NCBI GenBank assembly: GCA_038245295.1
Contig: JBBRSP010000001.1
Coordinates: 192,001 to 256,000 of the forward strand
Reading direction: 5' to 3'
Length of the DNA stretch: 64,000 nucleotides
Source of the DNA: Candidatus Binatia bacterium
Lineage (GTDB): Bacteria; Desulfobacterota; Binatia; HRBIN30
This document shows, one piece after another, positions 41,613 to 52,833 of the stretch; position 1 is the stretch's first letter; the number at the start of each line of letters is the position of its first letter. Below the pieces are notes generated by a model, which searched no databases, was not told where the DNA came from, and worked only from the letters and a program-made list of their open reading frames with translations. A program made the translations under genes and the position numbers.

Positions 41613-42695
41613 ATGGCATCCGCGAAGCCGAAGCTGACCGCCGTCAAAGATCATCCGTACAAGGTTGGTGTTGTCAACGAGCAGGGCTTACCGTTGGCCA
41701 TCGAGGCCAAACGTGACCGCTCGGTCGACGGCTTGTGCCGCTGGATGAAGGCCAACGATGCCTGGTTGCAGGAACAGTTGACACACTACGGCGCCCTGCT
41801 GTTTCGGGGCTTCGATGTTGATGGTCCGGCCGAGTTTGAACGCATCGCGCGGCGCATCGACGACGAGCTGAAGAACAACTACCTGGGCACCTCACCACGC
41901 GACGCGCTCACCGAGTACGTCTTCTCGGCCAGCGAGTTGCCGGGCTACTATCCGATCCCTCAACACTGCGAGATGAGCTTTATCGCCAATCCACCGCGCC
42001 GTCTGTTCTTCTCTTGCTTGATCGAACCGGGGCCGAACATGGGTGAAACCCCGCTCGTCGACTTTCGGGCCGTGTGGCGCGACATGAACCCTGCCGTGCG
42101 TGATCGTTTCGTCCAGGGCGGTATCCGGGTCGTGCGCAATTACAGCGGCCCGTCGGGTGGCAGTCGCTTTGAGTTGTCGCAGCTGAAGCGCTGGGACGAG
42201 ATGTTCCGCACGACGGACCGTGCCGAGGTTGAGCGCCAGTGTCGACAAGAGAACATGGAGTCCGAATGGATCGGCGCCGACGGCCTGCGCTTGATCAATT
42301 ACACCCCGGTTTATCGTGATCATCCGGTGACCGGCGAACGCGTCTGGCACAACCATACGCAGGTCTTTCACCTGTCGGCCGCTGCGGGCGAATACCAGCG
42401 TATCGCGGCGCTACGGCCGACCTGGAAGAACTGGGCGATCTGGCAATTCTCGCGCGCCCTGGAGATGGTGAACCGAGCCCGCCGTTCCTCCGACGAGCAG
42501 CCGATGCACTGCACCTATCGCGACGGGCGCGAGATCCCCGACGGCGATATGGAACACGTACGCGACATGATCTGGAAACACATCGTCATCAATCCCTGGA
42601 AGAAAGGGGATGTCGTCGCCATCGACAATCATTCCGTGTCACACGGACGCCTGCCTTACGAGGGGCCACGGCAGGTGTGTGTTTGCTGGGCTTGA
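41613..42695 (+). CDS. TauD/TfdA-family Fe(II)/2-oxoglutarate dioxygenase (SyrP-like)
   Basis: GALLFRGF, HCE facial triad, GETP..D, HPVTGE..W.N, DNHSVSHGR. Confidence 0.88.
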   Translation: MASAKPKLTAVKDHPYKVGVVNEQGLPLAIEAKRDRSVDGLCRWMKANDAWLQEQLTHYGALLFRGFDVDGPAEFERIARRIDDELKNNYLGTSPRDALTEYVFSASELPGYYPIPQHCEMSFIANPPRRLFFSCLIEPGPNMGETPLVDFRAVWRDMNPAVRDRFVQGGIRVVRNYSGPSGGSRFELSQLKRWDEMFRTTDRAEVERQCRQENMESEWIGADGLRLINYTPVYRDHPVTGERVWHNHTQVFHLSAAAGEYQRIAALRPTWKNWAIWQFSRALEMVNRARRSSDEQPMHCTYRDGREIPDGDMEHVRDMIWKHIVINPWKKGDVVAIDNHSVSHGRLPYEGPRQVCVCWA

Positions 42696-42976
42696 AGTTC
42701 GCCTGATCGGTCGTCTCCTGTTCCGTCTCGACGCGTCGGCCTGTCAACTGGTGCCGCATAAAGGGTGTCAGCTGGACGGGACGCCGTGTCTGCTCGCGTG
42801 GACTGTATGCTCCGCTGGGGACCCTGATCGACACGAATCGCCTTGGCGGGTCGCACGTCAACGAATTGGGCATGGTTCTCGCATATACCCCAACCGGGCC
42901 GAGAGGCATTGGATTCTCTCGGTTGACGCACACGCGTTCACCTTGGGCGCGGTGACTTGGGGGCGAACGGCGGGGG

Positions 42977-43018
42977 AAGAACGGCACGGCGCTGCGAGGC
43001 GCGGTGCCGGTTCTTTTT
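42977..43018 (+). terminator. Intrinsic terminator-like hairpin 70 nt upstream of the P450
   Basis: CGGCAC-G-GCGC / GCGC-G-GTGCCG stem followed by TTCTTTTT. Confidence 0.55.
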
Positions 43019-43087
43019 GCGGCGGCGGCACCGGTTGCGGAGACCGGTCGCTGACATACCGCCTGTCCGCTGGTATGAAGAGCGACC

Positions 43088-44410
43088 ATGTCTGCAAACC
43101 TGAAAGAGATTCCGCGCATCGGCCTAAAGGCAGCGATCCAAGCCCTGCTGAGTCAGGGGGGTGGCCGCATCAACATGCTGTCCACCCTCCAAGAGGCACA
43201 CCAGCGTCTCGGCCCCGTCGCCGGTCAGCAAGCGGGCCCATTCCTTTTGGTCCATCTCTTCGGTCCCGATGCCAATCGCTTCGTCTTGCTCGATAAGGAC
43301 AATCTGTTCTCTGCGCGCCGGCCGTGGATGCAGATCATGGGCAAGATTTTCCCCAATGGCCTCCTGCTGCGCGACGGTGCCGAACATAAGCAGCATCGCA
43401 AGATCATGTACGAGGCATTCAAGCGCACGCCACTGCACGATTACGGCGGGCGCATGGGGCCAATGATCGAGGCGGGGATTTCCGAGTGGGGCGGGGCGTC
43501 GCGCAGTGCCTTTGCTTCGTACAAGAAGCTGACGCTGACGATGGCGGCGGCGATCTTCGTCGGAGCCGAGATCGGTAGCGATACGGGCCTGATGAACAAG
43601 GCCTTCGAAGATATGGTCGCCGCGTCGATGTCGCGCATCCGCCTGCGAATCCCGGGCCTTGAGTTCTATCGCGGCCTGAAGGGCCGTGAGTTCATGCTCG
43701 ACTATCTGCGTCGGCTCATGCCGGCCAAGCGCGCGACCGCGACCTCCGACATGTTCAGCCGTCTATGCCACGCCGTCAGTGAAGACGGTGATCGCTTCAA
43801 CGATGCGGATATCCTCGACCACATGGTCTTCCTGATGATGGCAGCGCACGATACGACGACGAGCTCGTTGACGTCGATGACCTATGAGCTCGGGCGTCAC
43901 CCCGAGTGGCAAGAACGAGTGCGTGCCGAAAGCCAGGCGCTGGGCAAACCCTACGTCGAATTCGAAGACGTGGAACGTTTGCCGACGCTGACCCTGGTCA
44001 TGAAGGAAACCCTGCGTCGCTATCCACCGCTGCCGGTGATTCCGCGCATCGCGACACGTGATTTCGAATGGGAAGGTTGCCGCATCCCTGAAGGGGCCAT
44101 GGTTGTGGTATCGCCAATCCACACGCACCACATGCCGGAGTGGTGGCCCGAGCCGTTGCGCTTCGATCCGGAGCGTTTCTCACCGGCGCGTGCGGAAGAC
44201 GAGAAACACACCCACTCCTGGGTGCCGTTCGGCGGTGGGCATCACCTCTGCCTCGGCTTCAAGTTCGCCGAGCTGCAGATCAAAGCGGTCATGCACCAAC
44301 TCGTGAGTCGCTACCGGTGGACGATCCCGGCCGAGTATCGCATGCCAGTGCAACAGGCGCCGATCTCCAAGCCGCTCGATGGGTTGCCACTCAGGTTCGA
44401 TCGATTGTAG
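43088..44410 (+). CDS. Cytochrome P450
   Basis: AAHDTT I-helix, ETLR, FDPERF, FGGGHHLCLG heme motif. Confidence 0.95.
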   Translation: MSANLKEIPRIGLKAAIQALLSQGGGRINMLSTLQEAHQRLGPVAGQQAGPFLLVHLFGPDANRFVLLDKDNLFSARRPWMQIMGKIFPNGLLLRDGAEHKQHRKIMYEAFKRTPLHDYGGRMGPMIEAGISEWGGASRSAFASYKKLTLTMAAAIFVGAEIGSDTGLMNKAFEDMVAASMSRIRLRIPGLEFYRGLKGREFMLDYLRRLMPAKRATATSDMFSRLCHAVSEDGDRFNDADILDHMVFLMMAAHDTTTSSLTSMTYELGRHPEWQERVRAESQALGKPYVEFEDVERLPTLTLVMKETLRRYPPLPVIPRIATRDFEWEGCRIPEGAMVVVSPIHTHHMPEWWPEPLRFDPERFSPARAEDEKHTHSWVPFGGGHHLCLGFKFAELQIKAVMHQLVSRYRWTIPAEYRMPVQQAPISKPLDGLPLRFDRL

Positions 44411-44637
44411 ATCGCCGGGCAGGTCGTTTTCCTTCCAGGCAGAGCTAGGGCTGGAACTCGTCGAGCAACAATCAGCGCGCGCGCGCGCTGGCCTGGACGG
44501 TTTGGCCGTCAGATTGTCTCTTTCCTCGGGGGCGTGGCGTAGGTCCAAAAGCTATTCAGGCTTGATGATGCGGATTCGTAGCATGCGCGTGGGACGCTTG
44601 CCGAAGCAAGGGTGCGCCGAAGGCGAAGCTTTCGCGC

Positions 44638-44673
44638 AAAAAAGAGGGGGTGGCCACTGGCCACCCCCTCTTT
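44638..44673 (-). terminator. Intrinsic terminator of hppA
   Basis: AAAGAGGGGGTGGCC-ACT-GGCCACCCCCTCTTT perfect stem with a 6-nt T run on the minus strand. Confidence 0.88.
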
Positions 44674-44698
44674 CGCGAAAACGTAGAGAAACGCCCGC

Positions 44699-47128
<2,430 letters not shown>

Positions 47129-47520
47129 CTTGAGCTCCCTCGGAATTTGTACACACCCGCAACGATCCTGCGCGCGGAGACCGCAATTATCGCCGAGAGG
47201 CGATTCTCCGCCGCGCCGTTCTGTGAACGGACGTCTTGGGCTGTTTGTGAACCGCCGCCTTATGACAAATGGGCTGCCGAAAGACAAGTCAGCCATTAGC
47301 AAGCCTACGGCCCGGTACCCGTTGGCGCAGGGCACTTGATTGTTTTGCCGATGACGTCGTGCCTAAGGCTTCGGAAGCAGACCGAGCGACACTGGGACAC
47401 GGACCATGGGGTATTCCCTAGGTTCCAATGCTCGGGAATTGTCGCTACCTGCTGGCTTGGAAAACGTTCAGGTTCGGCGCCCGGCGGGCGGATTCAGTTG
47501 ACCGGAGAAGGAGTTAGAAC

Positions 47521-50500
47521 ATGAAGCGGCAGACTATTCTCTCGTTGGCGACGAGCTTCGTCGCAGCATTCGGTACGATGGCCAGCGCGGCCACCACATG
47601 GAACGTGCCGGGCAACAACTCGAACGTGTGCACCACGGTGAACCCGAACTGCAACACGATCCAGCAAGCGGTCACCGCGTCGACGAGCGGCGATACTATT
47701 CTGATCGGCGCCGGAACGTTCTCTGGTACCAACAACTTCAATATTGTTCTCAGCAAGTCGCTCACCATTACGGGTGCCGGCCGCACTAGCACCTTCGTCC
47801 AACCCAACGCCGGCTCGCTCGGCTTCTCGATCCGCACCAACAACATCACGATCAGCGATATGACGATCCAGAACGGCAACGTCGGCGTCATCTTTACGAA
47901 TGCGACGAGCGATAACACTCATCTGACGCGCATCGATTTCCTGGCGAACGCGACGCGCAGCGTCGACGTCTCGACGACCGCGGCCTTTCCCGTGACCAAC
48001 GTCACCATCACCGACTGCAAGTTGAATTCGCCCTCGGCCGGCATCCGCATGGCATCGAACGCCCAGGTGAACGGGTTCACGATCTCCGACTCCACCTTCG
48101 ACGGCAACCAGTACGGCATCTACGTCGCCAACGACGGCAACACCTCGAAGCTCAGCAACCTGTCGATCAGCAACTCGACGTTCAAGAACCAAATCTCCTA
48201 CGGCATCTATGCGGAGGAAATGCGCGATTCGACGATTCAGGACTCGACCTTCACGAGCACTGGTGTCGGCATCGGCATCTTCAAGTTCTACAGCGGCAAC
48301 GCGACGGCGATTTCCAACCTCACCATTCAGCGCAATCAGTTCTCGAAACACCGAAGCGCACCACTCGACATCGAAATCTATGCCATGGCTTTGCTGAACC
48401 CAATCGCCATCTCCGGCAATACGTTCGATATGGATGTCAGCCTCCTGACGTCGAACGCTTCCGCCATCTTCACCTATCTGAGTAACAGCTTCGCCACCCA
48501 CGCGGCGATCAACATCACGAACAATACATTCACCGCATCGGGAACCTTCGCTGGCGCCACAGCGACGCATGGCGTTCGAATGCGCGGCAACGGGCCCGTG
48601 GTCGTCACGGGAAACTACTTCGACGGCGGCAACGTCGGCGGCGCCGGTACGACTCCGGACAGCAGCGCCCTTTTCATCGAAGCCAACACCGGCTCGATGG
48701 CAGCGACGGCGACGTTCACCGCTTCGTGCAACCGCATCAGCGGCTTCGAGAATGGCGTCAGCGTGTTCAATTCCACAGCGGGCGTCTACGGCGGGCTTCC
48801 CGTCGGCGCGACGCTGACGCTGACGAACAACAACATCGTCGGCAACAGCATTGTCGGCGTGATCAACGGCGCCGCCCCGCCAACCGTGAGTGCACAGAAC
48901 AACTGGTGGGGTTGCATCGCCGGCCCGGGCAATGCCGGCTGCGATGCGGTCACCGGCGGCGTTGATGCCAGCAGCTTCGCGACGACGCCCTCCACCTGCG
49001 CCCCCTGCCACAGCAACGCGCAGTGCGAAGACTTTAACCCTTGCACCGTCGACGCCTGTTCGATGACTTGTTCAAACACCGCTGGCAACGCCGGCGCGAT
49101 CTGCCGCGCCGCCGTCGACGTCTGTGATCTGGCCGAGACGTGCACCGGATCGAGCATCACCTGCCCGACCGATTCGAAGGGCACCAGCGTCTGTCGGCCC
49201 GCGGCCGGCGCCTGCGATCTTGCGGAAAGCTGCGATGGTATCGGCAACACCTGTCCCGCCGATGCCAAGAGCACGTCTGTGTGCCGCCCCTCGGCCGGCG
49301 ATTGCGACGTTGCGGAGAGCTGCGACGGGTTCCTCGACGCGTGTCCCACGGATGCGTTTCAATCCAGCACGCAGGTGTGTCGTATCGCAGCCGATATCTG
49401 CGATGCCGCCGAGAATTGCACCGGATCAAGCGCGGCATGTCCTGCTGATGCCTTCCAGGCCAGCACGGTCATTTGCCGCGCCTCGGCGGGCACCTGCGAC
49501 CCGGCCGAAAACTGCAGCGGCTCCGCTGCTGCGTGCCCGGTCGACGCCAAGAGTACTGCTGTTTGCCGCGCCGCGGCTGGCGTCTGCGATATTGCGGAAA
49601 GCTGCGATGGGGTGGGCAACGCCTGTCCGGTCGATGCCAAGAGCATAGCGGTCTGTCGGCCCGCGGCCGATGTGTGTGACGTCAGCGAGAGCTGCAACGG
49701 CATCGCGGACAGCTGCCCGGTCGACGACTTCAAGCCGAGCACGCAGGTGTGTCGTGCCGCCGCCGGGGTTTGCGACGTGGCGGAGAACTGCACTGGGTCG
49801 GGTGCGACGTGCCCAGCCGACAGCTTCCAGCCCAGCACCCTGGTCTGCCGTGCCAGCGCTGGGGGCTGTGACATAGCCGAGAGCTGCACCGGCTCCGGCG
49901 CTGCCTGCCCAGGCGACAACTTCAAGCCCAGCACTCAGGTGTGTCGTGCCGCCGCCAGCAACTGCGACATCGCCGAGAGCTGCACCGGCTCGCAAGCCGC
50001 CTGTCCGGCCGATGCGCTGCAGCCAGATGGCACCATCTGTAACGTCGGTAACTTCTGCTCGGTCGGCGTGTGCCAGGCGCCCAACTCGCTCGTCCTGAGC
50101 CGGGCCAGACTGAACGTGAATACTCTCGACACGCGAACCGATGGTCGCGCTTTCGCCCGTTCGCTGGTCAACGATAACGACACCGGCGGAACACTGGAAA
50201 CGCAACTGGTCGCCGGTGCGGTGACGATCCGGATCCACGATGGCGGCGTCTTCGACGTCACCCGCACTCTGAGCAGCTGCAAGAAATACAGAACGCGCGT
50301 CAGCTGTCAGAGTGTCGACCGCAAGGTCAAGGTGAACTTCGCGTATCGCCCCGGCCCGTACATCTATCGGATGCGCGTTCGATTCGGCGGGCTCGGCAGC
50401 GCCGAGACCGGCTACACGCAGCCGACCGGCCCGGTCACGGTTGTGCTCGATCAGGGAAACACGAAACGCGATGATGTAATCGGCAACCTCGTCCCCTGCT

Positions 50501-50541
50501 GGTCCCACCGACCGACGCGGCTTACCTGTCGCGAAGACTAG
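47521..50541 (+). CDS. Secreted parallel beta-helix protein with 10 disintegrin-like Cys repeats
   Basis: AAGGAG RBS, signal peptide, TIQQAV..GDTI.IGAGTF, Asn-ladder beta-helix, NNWWG, repeat array, basic C-terminal domain. Confidence 0.88.
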   Translation: MKRQTILSLATSFVAAFGTMASAATTWNVPGNNSNVCTTVNPNCNTIQQAVTASTSGDTILIGAGTFSGTNNFNIVLSKSLTITGAGRTSTFVQPNAGSLGFSIRTNNITISDMTIQNGNVGVIFTNATSDNTHLTRIDFLANATRSVDVSTTAAFPVTNVTITDCKLNSPSAGIRMASNAQVNGFTISDSTFDGNQYGIYVANDGNTSKLSNLSISNSTFKNQISYGIYAEEMRDSTIQDSTFTSTGVGIGIFKFYSGNATAISNLTIQRNQFSKHRSAPLDIEIYAMALLNPIAISGNTFDMDVSLLTSNASAIFTYLSNSFATHAAINITNNTFTASGTFAGATATHGVRMRGNGPVVVTGNYFDGGNVGGAGTTPDSSALFIEANTGSMAATATFTASCNRISGFENGVSVFNSTAGVYGGLPVGATLTLTNNNIVGNSIVGVINGAAPPTVSAQNNWWGCIAGPGNAGCDAVTGGVDASSFATTPSTCAPCHSNAQCEDFNPCTVDACSMTCSNTAGNAGAICRAAVDVCDLAETCTGSSITCPTDSKGTSVCRPAAGACDLAESCDGIGNTCPADAKSTSVCRPSAGDCDVAESCDGFLDACPTDAFQSSTQVCRIAADICDAAENCTGSSAACPADAFQASTVICRASAGTCDPAENCSGSAAACPVDAKSTAVCRAAAGVCDIAESCDGVGNACPVDAKSIAVCRPAADVCDVSESCNGIADSCPVDDFKPSTQVCRAAAGVCDVAENCTGSGATCPADSFQPSTLVCRASAGGCDIAESCTGSGAACPGDNFKPSTQVCRAAASNCDIAESCTGSQAACPADALQPDGTICNVGNFCSVGVCQAPNSLVLSRARLNVNTLDTRTDGRAFARSLVNDNDTGGTLETQLVAGAVTIRIHDGGVFDVTRTLSSCKKYRTRVSCQSVDRKVKVNFAYRPGPYIYRMRVRFGGLGSAETGYTQPTGPVTVVLDQGNTKRDDVIGNLVPCWSHRPTRLTCRED
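49099..50040 (+). repeat. Ten in-frame 90/96-bp repeats encoding CR-x5-CD-x-AE-x-C-x-G-x4-CP-x-D
   Basis: Counted from the translation; unit lengths 30,30,32,32,30,30,32,32,32,32 aa. Confidence 0.92.
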
Positions 50542-50634
50542 TAACTCCTCCAGAAAACCTTGCCCGGGAAAGCCCGGGCAAGGTTGGACCAGCGCGCGGG
50601 CTCTGATGCACGAGGCCTCGCCCGATCCATCCGC

Positions 50635-52833
50635 ATGCTCCCAACATCGATTACCGAGTACTCGAAGCAAGTTCGCATCGCCGCCGCGGTAGTGATCGCC
50701 ATCTGCGGCCTGTTCACGCTGCGCTTCCTACTACCGACCAATCCGCCGACCCTGCAGTATCTCGTGCGAGCGTCCCTCGTGGCGGTTGCCGGCGCTGTGC
50801 TCGTCGTTCTGCAGCGCCAGCGCCGGCGGCGTGATCGACGGCAGCTTGACGCGTTGCTGGCGACACGCGACGCGAACGAAGCAGCCCTGCGCGCCAGCGA
50901 GCAACAGATGCGTCTTTTCTTTGAGAACACTCCCGACCTTGTTTACCGTCTCAATGCGGACGACATCTATGTGTCGATAAGCCCGTCGGTGCGCCGCTAC
51001 GGTTACGAACCTGAGGAGATGATTGGCCAGCACGGCTCGGCGCCGGCCGCTGATCTTGAGCGCTGGAAGCAAATCATGAAGGAGCGTGACCGGCGCGGCG
51101 GCCTCGACGATCGCGACATCGAGTTCAGGGCTCGCGACGGAAGGCTGGTCACGCTGGCCATCACCTCGCGGGCCATCCGTGGTTCGGACGGCCAGCTTGT
51201 CGGCTGGCATGGCATCGCTCGCGATGTAACGGAGCGGCGTCGATTGACCGAGGATCTGGTTCGTTCGCAACGCCAGGCCGAGGCGGCCAGCCGCGCCAAG
51301 TCCGACTTCATTGCCAACATCAGCCACGAGATCCGCAACCCGTTGGCCGGTACCTTGGGAATGCTGGAAATCCTCCTCGAGACGGAGCTGTCTCCGCCAA
51401 TGCGCGGCTGGGCCGAGGCCGCCAAGGACTCTGCCGACACGTTGGCGATGATCGTCGATAATGTTCTCGACCTGGCGAAGATCGAGGCGCATGCGATTCA
51501 ATTGGAGGCGGTCGAGTTTTCGTTGATCGAGGTGCTCAGACCGACGATCAGAACCCACGCCGTTCATGCCCATCAGAAAGGTCTCGAGTTCTTCTATCGC
51601 CCTGCGGTCGATTTGCCGCACCGACTTGTCGGGGACCCAACGCGTCTGCGCCAGGTGGTTTCCAATCTCCTCGGCAATGCCTTGAAGTTCACCAGATCGG
51701 GCTCGATCAGCGTGTCGGTCGACGCCGAACGACGTCCCGGCCGTCCGTGGCTGCTGCGCGTCGACGTTGCAGACACCGGCATGGGTATCGCCGCCGATCA
51801 ACGACGCGCCATCTTCGGGCGCTTCGTGCAGGCTGATGTATCGGTGACGCGGGAGCATGGGGGAGCGGGCCTGGGCCTGCCGATCTGTATCGAGCTGGCC
51901 CGATTGATGAACGGTGGGATCTGGGTCGAGAGCGAGGTCGACAAGGGCTCGACGTTCCATTTCACCGCCGAGTTGGCTGGTAGCGAGGCCTCGGTGGTTG
52001 CGTCATCGCGGGAACTCGGCGGCTTCGCCGTCTTGCTGGTCTCATTGCGGGCCACTCTGTGCGAGGTGGTCGACCTGTATCTGCGACACTGGGGAGGCGA
52101 AGTCGAGATCGTAGGCGACGCGACAACGATGCAGGCCCGTTTGGACCTTTCGCGGGCGCGTGCGCGGCCCTACGATTTGATCCTGATCGACGGTGATCTC
52201 GAAGGTGCTCTCGAGCTGGCGCGGGCGCATCACGCCGCCGCGCCAGAAGGCAGGGCGCCGATTCTACCGATCCTCAAGGTCGGCCGCATCCTGAGCGAAT
52301 GGCCGCTTTGGGAAGGTATCGCCGCCGGGCGTTATGTCGAGAATCCGATCGACCCGGAGGATCTGCACCGGACGTTGGGGACTCTGACACGGCTACCCAG
52401 TGTGCCGACGATGCCCCCGAGCGTCGCGGCTGACGGTGCCCTGCGTGTGTTGCTGGCGGAAGACAGTGAAACGGTGCAAGCCGTCGTCGCGGCGCAGCTG
52501 CGCAAGCGCAACTGCGATGTGACGGTCGTCAGCAATGGCAAACAGGCCGTTGAAGCCGTCGCTCAACGGGCGCGGTTTGATCTGATTCTTCTGGATGTAC
52601 AAATGCCGATCATGAACGGCGTGCAGGCCGCCCGTGCGATTCGCGGGTTGGAGCGTTCGGAGGATGTGCCGGCATTGATTGTGGCGCTGACAGGTCAGGC
52701 GCTGGCGCAGGAACAAGAGAATTGCCGCGCCGCGGGTATGAACGAGCACCTCGTCAAACCGGTTCGCGCGGCAGATCTGGCAGGCCTGGTCGAGCGCCTC
52801 AACGCGCAGCGGGTGGCACCTCCGACGACTTGA
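50635..52833 (+). CDS. Hybrid sensor histidine kinase (2 TM-PAS-HisKA-HATPase-pseudoREC-REC)
   Basis: SHEIRNPL H-box, NLLGNALKFT, DTGMGI, GAGLGL, LLAED...LDVQMP...KP. Confidence 0.93.
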   Translation: MLPTSITEYSKQVRIAAAVVIAICGLFTLRFLLPTNPPTLQYLVRASLVAVAGAVLVVLQRQRRRRDRRQLDALLATRDANEAALRASEQQMRLFFENTPDLVYRLNADDIYVSISPSVRRYGYEPEEMIGQHGSAPAADLERWKQIMKERDRRGGLDDRDIEFRARDGRLVTLAITSRAIRGSDGQLVGWHGIARDVTERRRLTEDLVRSQRQAEAASRAKSDFIANISHEIRNPLAGTLGMLEILLETELSPPMRGWAEAAKDSADTLAMIVDNVLDLAKIEAHAIQLEAVEFSLIEVLRPTIRTHAVHAHQKGLEFFYRPAVDLPHRLVGDPTRLRQVVSNLLGNALKFTRSGSISVSVDAERRPGRPWLLRVDVADTGMGIAADQRRAIFGRFVQADVSVTREHGGAGLGLPICIELARLMNGGIWVESEVDKGSTFHFTAELAGSEASVVASSRELGGFAVLLVSLRATLCEVVDLYLRHWGGEVEIVGDATTMQARLDLSRARARPYDLILIDGDLEGALELARAHHAAAPEGRAPILPILKVGRILSEWPLWEGIAAGRYVENPIDPEDLHRTLGTLTRLPSVPTMPPSVAADGALRVLLAEDSETVQAVVAAQLRKRNCDVTVVSNGKQAVEAVAQRARFDLILLDVQMPIMNGVQAARAIRGLERSEDVPALIVALTGQALAQEQENCRAAGMNEHLVKPVRAADLAGLVERLNAQRVAPPTT

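Noticed and set aside
42610..43296. 228-aa ORF bridging the dioxygenase and the P450
   Set aside because: Overlaps both genes, has no recognisable domain and crosses a terminator-like hairpin
44473..44490. CAGCGCGCGCGCGCGCTG palindrome
   Set aside because: Simple dinucleotide run in GC-rich DNA with no supporting context
49099..50040. Regular 90-96 bp repeats as a CRISPR array
   Set aside because: In-frame protein repeats with synonymous divergence, no unique spacers and no cas genes
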